DNA from: Promethearchaeota archaeon
Lineage (GTDB): Archaea > Asgardarchaeota > Odinarchaeia > Odinarchaeales > JBHLKK01
Reading direction: 5' to 3'
Length of the DNA: 18,930 nt
Assembly (NCBI GenBank): GCA_048939465.1
Contig: JBHLPL010000030.1
Location: forward strand, 1-18,930
Shown: piece after piece, positions 15,249 through 18,930 of the stretch
Layout of the letters: every line of letters begins with the position of its first letter
Numbering within the stretch: the first letter of the stretch is position 1
Program-made: the position numbers and the translations under genes
Notes under the pieces: model-generated
What the model was told of the DNA's origin: nothing
The model's input: the letters and a program-made list of their open reading frames with translations, nothing else
Database searches by the model: none

Positions 15249-16160
15249 TTAGATTCTTGATTTGAGTTTCCATAATCTCTGCGCAAGTGTCTTTATATAT
15301 TCTCCATTCTCGAGTCTGCCAACCCATCCAGTGGGTATGCCTTTGAAACCATGATATGCCCCAGCTATTGCTCCTGTCATTGCCCCTATTGTGTCTGTAT
15401 CGCCTCCCAGGCTGACGGCATAGACCACAGCTGATTTAAAGCTGTCGAGATGAGACAGGAAAGAGTAGATTGCAGTGGGAACCGAACGGAACGCCTCAAT
15501 GCCGTTTCCCAGTTCTACGATAACATCCTTCTTCCGCGGGGATCCGTTCAGAAGGTCTTGGATCATTCCAAGCTTCCGTTGATAGATTGTTTCTTCGGTT
15601 AGTCTGCTGAGTTCTGTTATAATCCTTAAGGGCTCCAGTGACGGGGGTATTTCGGGCAAGGCCAAAGCGATAGCACAGGCCTGCAGAGCAGCTCCTTCTT
15701 TTCCCAGTTTGTGGGAGTGAGTAATCTGACTAGAGGAATATGAAATGGATCTCAATCGATTGAAATCACCGTGATACAACAGCCCGATGGGGGCAATCCT
15801 CATGGAGGCTCCGTTCCCAAATGAGCCGTTTCCATCGAATAATCTCTTGCTTGCCTCGTTCCACTTCTCTCCAGACATTATCAGACCAAAAACGCGTGGT
15901 GGACCTAAACCATAGCCCCTTGTCGGATCAAAATTCCTTATGAAAGTATGAGCCATATGCTTTCCATCGAATCCCCTCTTTTCAATAAGGGATTCAGCTA
16001 TCCCTATCATCATCTCAGTGTCGTCTGTATAGCTTCCTTCAAATTCAAAATCCTCGTTTCTTGATATTCCTGATCCCTCTCGGGGTCTTCCCAGAGCGTC
16101 TCCTATGGCAGAACCTAACATACATCCGAGGAATTTCGATTCCAGAATTTCATCATTCAA
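15249..16160 (-). CDS. ADP-ribosylglycohydrolase (ARH/DraG family)
   Basis: GDALG, YTDDTEM, GNGASMRIAP, SSQITH and GGDTDTIGAMTGAIAGA metal-binding motifs. TTG at 16160 lies 5 nt after SD GAGGTGA (16172-16166). Confidence 0.93.
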   Translation of the reverse strand: MNDEILESKFLGCMLGSAIGDALGRPREGSGISRNEDFEFEGSYTDDTEMMIGIAESLIEKRGFDGKHMAHTFIRNFDPTRGYGLGPPRVFGLIMSGEKWNEASKRLFDGNGSFGNGASMRIAPIGLLYHGDFNRLRSISYSSSQITHSHKLGKEGAALQACAIALALPEIPPSLEPLRIITELSRLTEETIYQRKLGMIQDLLNGSPRKKDVIVELGNGIEAFRSVPTAIYSFLSHLDSFKSAVVYAVSLGGDTDTIGAMTGAIAGAYHGFKGIPTGWVGRLENGEYIKTLAQRLWKLKSRI

Positions 16161-16177
16161 ATGAATCACCTCAAAGC

Positions 16178-16960
16178 TTAGGATAAATCTCCGCAGGCAC
16201 AGAATACTTCATGGATAATATTGTATAACTCATCCAGTCCTTCTCCCGTTTTGGCGGACACCTTGACTGTGCGCGAGCTTCCTTTCACGGAGGAGCTTGC
16301 TTTAAGAATACTGAAAATCAGATCCTTCATTAGACCCTCACTCTCAGATTTGATGACTGCTTCGAAGTAATTGGGATCATTGATCAATCTATCCAAATCA
16401 TCTCTGACTTCCATATCTGACTTATTTAGAGCAGTGATTGTGGGGATGGCAAGGTATAACTCTATTGCATTTGCGAGTAGTTCAGCAACAACTAGCCCTG
16501 ATGGTTTTGATGCAAAAGTGGCATCGAGTATGAAAACAGCAATTACTCGCCCCAGCTTCTCTAGCTTTCTTAATAATTCAGGCCCAGCCTCGTGAAAGAG
16601 AAAAACATCCATCTGCCCCGGAGTATCAACAAGTATATGTTCTTCTTCCAAATTGGATATGTTCCTTATTACTTCATCCGATTTTTCTTTCATGAGTCGA
16701 ACTGCCTCTATTATTGCCGCATTTGGGCCTATTTGCTCTTCTTTCATGATTTGTCCGGTAGTGAACATAGTTCTAATATCGAAATCAGGTTGATAAGGGA
16801 GATTCTCGCACCCAGGATCGAAATTAACGTAATTGACCCCATATCCCGATTCCCTTAACCATCTGCCTAGAGAATTCGTAAGGGATGTTTTTCCCGAGCC
16901 TGCCGGACCAATGAAAACTACGTAAAGTGAAGGCCGTTTCAATTTATTCAAGGTTATCAC
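16178..16960 (-). CDS. GPN-loop GTPase
   Basis: G1 GPAGSGKTS, NFDPG, GPN loop (IGPNAAI), G3 DTPGQ, G4 NKSD, G5 VSAKTGEG, and C-terminal CACGDLS. Confidence 0.93.
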   Translation of the reverse strand: MITLNKLKRPSLYVVFIGPAGSGKTSLTNSLGRWLRESGYGVNYVNFDPGCENLPYQPDFDIRTMFTTGQIMKEEQIGPNAAIIEAVRLMKEKSDEVIRNISNLEEEHILVDTPGQMDVFLFHEAGPELLRKLEKLGRVIAVFILDATFASKPSGLVVAELLANAIELYLAIPTITALNKSDMEVRDDLDRLINDPNYFEAVIKSESEGLMKDLIFSILKASSSVKGSSRTVKVSAKTGEGLDELYNIIHEVFCACGDLS

Positions 16961-17033
16961 TCACAGAGCAATCTGAAAAATAATATATCTACAGGCATTA
17001 TAATTTTTCCAAAGAAACGATCCCCGTCCTTTC

Positions 17034-17501
17034 TTATTCGAAGTAAGCTCCACACTTTATACAAAATCTAGCCTCAGCAGGATTGCTGGTGTTACAGTTT
17101 TCACAGGTTTTGCCACCTTTTATCTTAGGATAAGCTTCTGACGGAGGTCGTACTACCCCCCTTCTTGAGGGTCTTGGCGGCGGCTTGAATGATTCTGGCT
17201 GTATTTGCATTCCGCACTGAAGACAGAATTTCGAGTAAGCGTCATTCAGTGTACCGCACCTGGGACATCTTCTGCTTGAATATTCTTCTAGAAGGCTTCT
17301 TGAGGGCTTTTGCTCCCAGTATGCAAATACCCCGAAAAGCGTAAGTCCTGCCCCGGGGATCAGTAAGACTACACCGACGCCTAGGAGAATGAAGTTCGTG
17401 GGGAAAGTGACTCCTAGGAAGGGAAATAGCGATAATGCGATACAAGCAAAACCAGCAATGACCAGAATAACTCCGTAGGGAAGTACATCTTTCGGATCCA
17501 T
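17034..17501 (-). CDS. Membrane-anchored double zinc-ribbon protein
   Basis: Two N-terminal hydrophobic helices, then CPRCG..N...SKFCLQCG and CENC...N...ARFCIKCG. The likely start is ATG at 17501 after GAGGGA. Confidence 0.82.
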   Translation of the reverse strand: MDPKDVLPYGVILVIAGFACIALSLFPFLGVTFPTNFILLGVGVVLLIPGAGLTLFGVFAYWEQKPSRSLLEEYSSRRCPRCGTLNDAYSKFCLQCGMQIQPESFKPPPRPSRRGVVRPPSEAYPKIKGGKTCENCNTSNPAEARFCIKCGAYFE

Positions 17502-17801
17502 GTTCTTTCCCTCTCGAATTAATACTAGCTTGAGCCTCGAGATATTTAACACTATTGATTTTCCTTAAAGGATGAGCAGAAGCACACCTGCTCCTCTAGG
17601 ATTTGTGTCCAAAAGATTTCAGTCGGTATTTAGAAATCGAAGCGTCTGGTTAAGAAGGATGCCGGTAATGGAGTAGCTCGGAACCCAAAGGACCGAACGT
17701 AGGCAGCAAAAGCAGAGAAGGAAGTAAAAATCGTCTTAGTATAAAGGAATAACTTGAACCACTTACGCATCAAAAGATAAGGGAGATCCGGCAGGTTTTT
17801 G

Positions 17802-18515
17802 TTATAGGCTTTTGTTTCCGAATTGGTTATGATGGGTGAAATCTTCCACATTGCGGCGGACTCTAAGATACTTCGTAGGGGAAGTAGGGTATCCTAAACG
17901 GCAGGTATAGGCGATCTTCATGTATTCGGGGATGTCTAGAAGCTGCTTTATCTCTCTTTCTACGGATACAGCAGCGAAGGAGCTGAGAATCTGAAGGCTA
18001 ACACCCAAGGTCTGCGCCATGAGCCACATATTCTCCATGACACAGCCGAGGCTCATAAAACCTAAAACATCCCCTCTTGAAGCAGGTGCCCTCTTCCTAG
18101 AATCATAGATGACAATCAGGAGCGTTGGACTGCCTCGGACGGACTGGTTCAGCGGCATAGGTGCCGTTTCCCGGGCAACTTCAGCCATTTTCGAAGGATC
18201 AACCCAGGCTCGCGGAAACATTGTGCCCAGAATTCCAGTTTTCTTTTCCAAAAATTCCTCTTTTGAGAAAGATAGCTGTTCATAATTCTCGCGTAGGAAC
18301 TCCCCGGAGATACGTGATTTGATGTTGCCTATCTTTTCGAGAATCGACTTATCGTCAACGATAATTACCTGGAAGTTCTGCATGTTATGCGCGGTAGGTG
18401 CCCACCTTCCAGCTTCTAAAATCTGCTTCAAGGTCTCTTTTGATACTGGACGGTTCGGATCAAAGGGCACTCTTGCGGATTGTCGTTCTCGGATAACTCT
18501 CAGAATTTCACTCAT
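17802..18515 (-). CDS. Nitroreductase family protein (long variant with central insertion)
   Basis: RERQSAR, EAGRWAPTAHNMQNF, MENMWLMAQTLG and RLGYP. Confidence 0.9.
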   Translation of the reverse strand: MSEILRVIRERQSARVPFDPNRPVSKETLKQILEAGRWAPTAHNMQNFQVIIVDDKSILEKIGNIKSRISGEFLRENYEQLSFSKEEFLEKKTGILGTMFPRAWVDPSKMAEVARETAPMPLNQSVRGSPTLLIVIYDSRKRAPASRGDVLGFMSLGCVMENMWLMAQTLGVSLQILSSFAAVSVEREIKQLLDIPEYMKIAYTCRLGYPTSPTKYLRVRRNVEDFTHHNQFGNKSL

Positions 18516-18781
18516 TCTTGACCCTCACTTATCTAGGGCTGCTTGGACTAAGTCTTAGTTAAACTTGATTTAGTATTTATTAGTTAATAAGGAGTCAGAT
18601 TTGAGTCTTTCCTCCGATTCAGCGATATCCTGACTTGTTTCAAGTGGTATAATCAAAAGATCAAAGGCAGTCCTTCAGATTATTAGCGGTACTGGACCAG
18701 GGACCTTGGTTGCAGTTCACCCCGGTCTGAAAAGGAAATTCTTATTATCCTGATGCTTACTTAGTCATCCAGGGGAGTTCA

Positions 18782-18930
18782 ATGGAGGAAGGTGTTTCAG
18801 ATCTTATCGGACGTTATATGTTTCTGATTACTAATGATAAGAAAATGGTCGGTCAGATAGTGGACGTATGTCCTGAGGCAGGCATGTTTTCAGCAACAAT
18901 CACAATTGAGCCGGTCAGTAGGGATAATCT
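18782..18930 (+). CDS. Hypothetical protein, 3' end beyond the window
   Basis: ATG after SD AGGGGAG. The frame is open to the window edge: MEEGVSDLIGRYMFLITNDKKMVGQIVDVCPEAGMFSATITIEPVSRDN. Confidence 0.55.
   Translation, partial: MEEGVSDLIGRYMFLITNDKKMVGQIVDVCPEAGMFSATITIEPVSRDN

Noticed and set aside
17574-17593. Hairpin GAGCAG-N8-CTGCTC between the nitroreductase and zinc-ribbon genes
   Set aside because: A single 6-bp stem is expected by chance, and there is no U-tract or other support for a function.
18572-18716. - strand fragment GPVPLII*RTAFDLLIIPLETSQDIAESEERLK, faintly like a DUF4282 C-terminus
   Set aside because: It is too short, is interrupted by stops and has no start. The resemblance cannot be supported without a profile search.
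1-18930. CRISPR arrays, tRNA/rRNA, transposases, and the many short antisense ORFs in the track
   Set aside because: I saw no regularly spaced repeats, cloverleaf or rRNA signatures, or transposase motifs. The short ORFs are shadows of well-supported genes on other frames.

Overview
Archaeal chromosomal window, most likely from a TACK (e.g. Bathyarchaeia) or Asgard-related lineage. This is inferred from the archaeal-type SAM synthetase, the crenarchaeal-type PolB3 and a GPN-loop GTPase ending in CxCGDL. It holds about 20 protein genes: a 5'-truncated membrane hydrolase-like gene, a small helical protein, an SDR plus old-yellow-enzyme pair, a frameshifted TPR gene, a four-gene 2-oxoacid:ferredoxin oxidoreductase operon (alpha-beta-gamma-delta), two nitroreductases, SAM synthetase, a membrane-anchored Holliday-junction-resolvase-like nuclease, PolB3, MetF, an ADP-ribosylglycohydrolase, a GPN-loop GTPase and a membrane zinc-ribbon protein. 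I found no rRNA, tRNA, CRISPR array or mobile element. The best leads are: (1) a cytoplasmic 430-aa protein whose helical half resembles eukaryotic SNAP (NSF attachment protein) fused to two Ig-like domains; (2) a PolB3 with intact polymerase motifs but degenerate proofreading motifs, uracil pocket and PIP box; (3) an unknown 14.2-15.2 kb protein with GOLPH3/GPP34-like motif spacing; (4) a GPN GTPase-ADP-ribosylglycohydrolase bicistron. All family comparisons are by eye from recalled consensus sequences. No searches were run.
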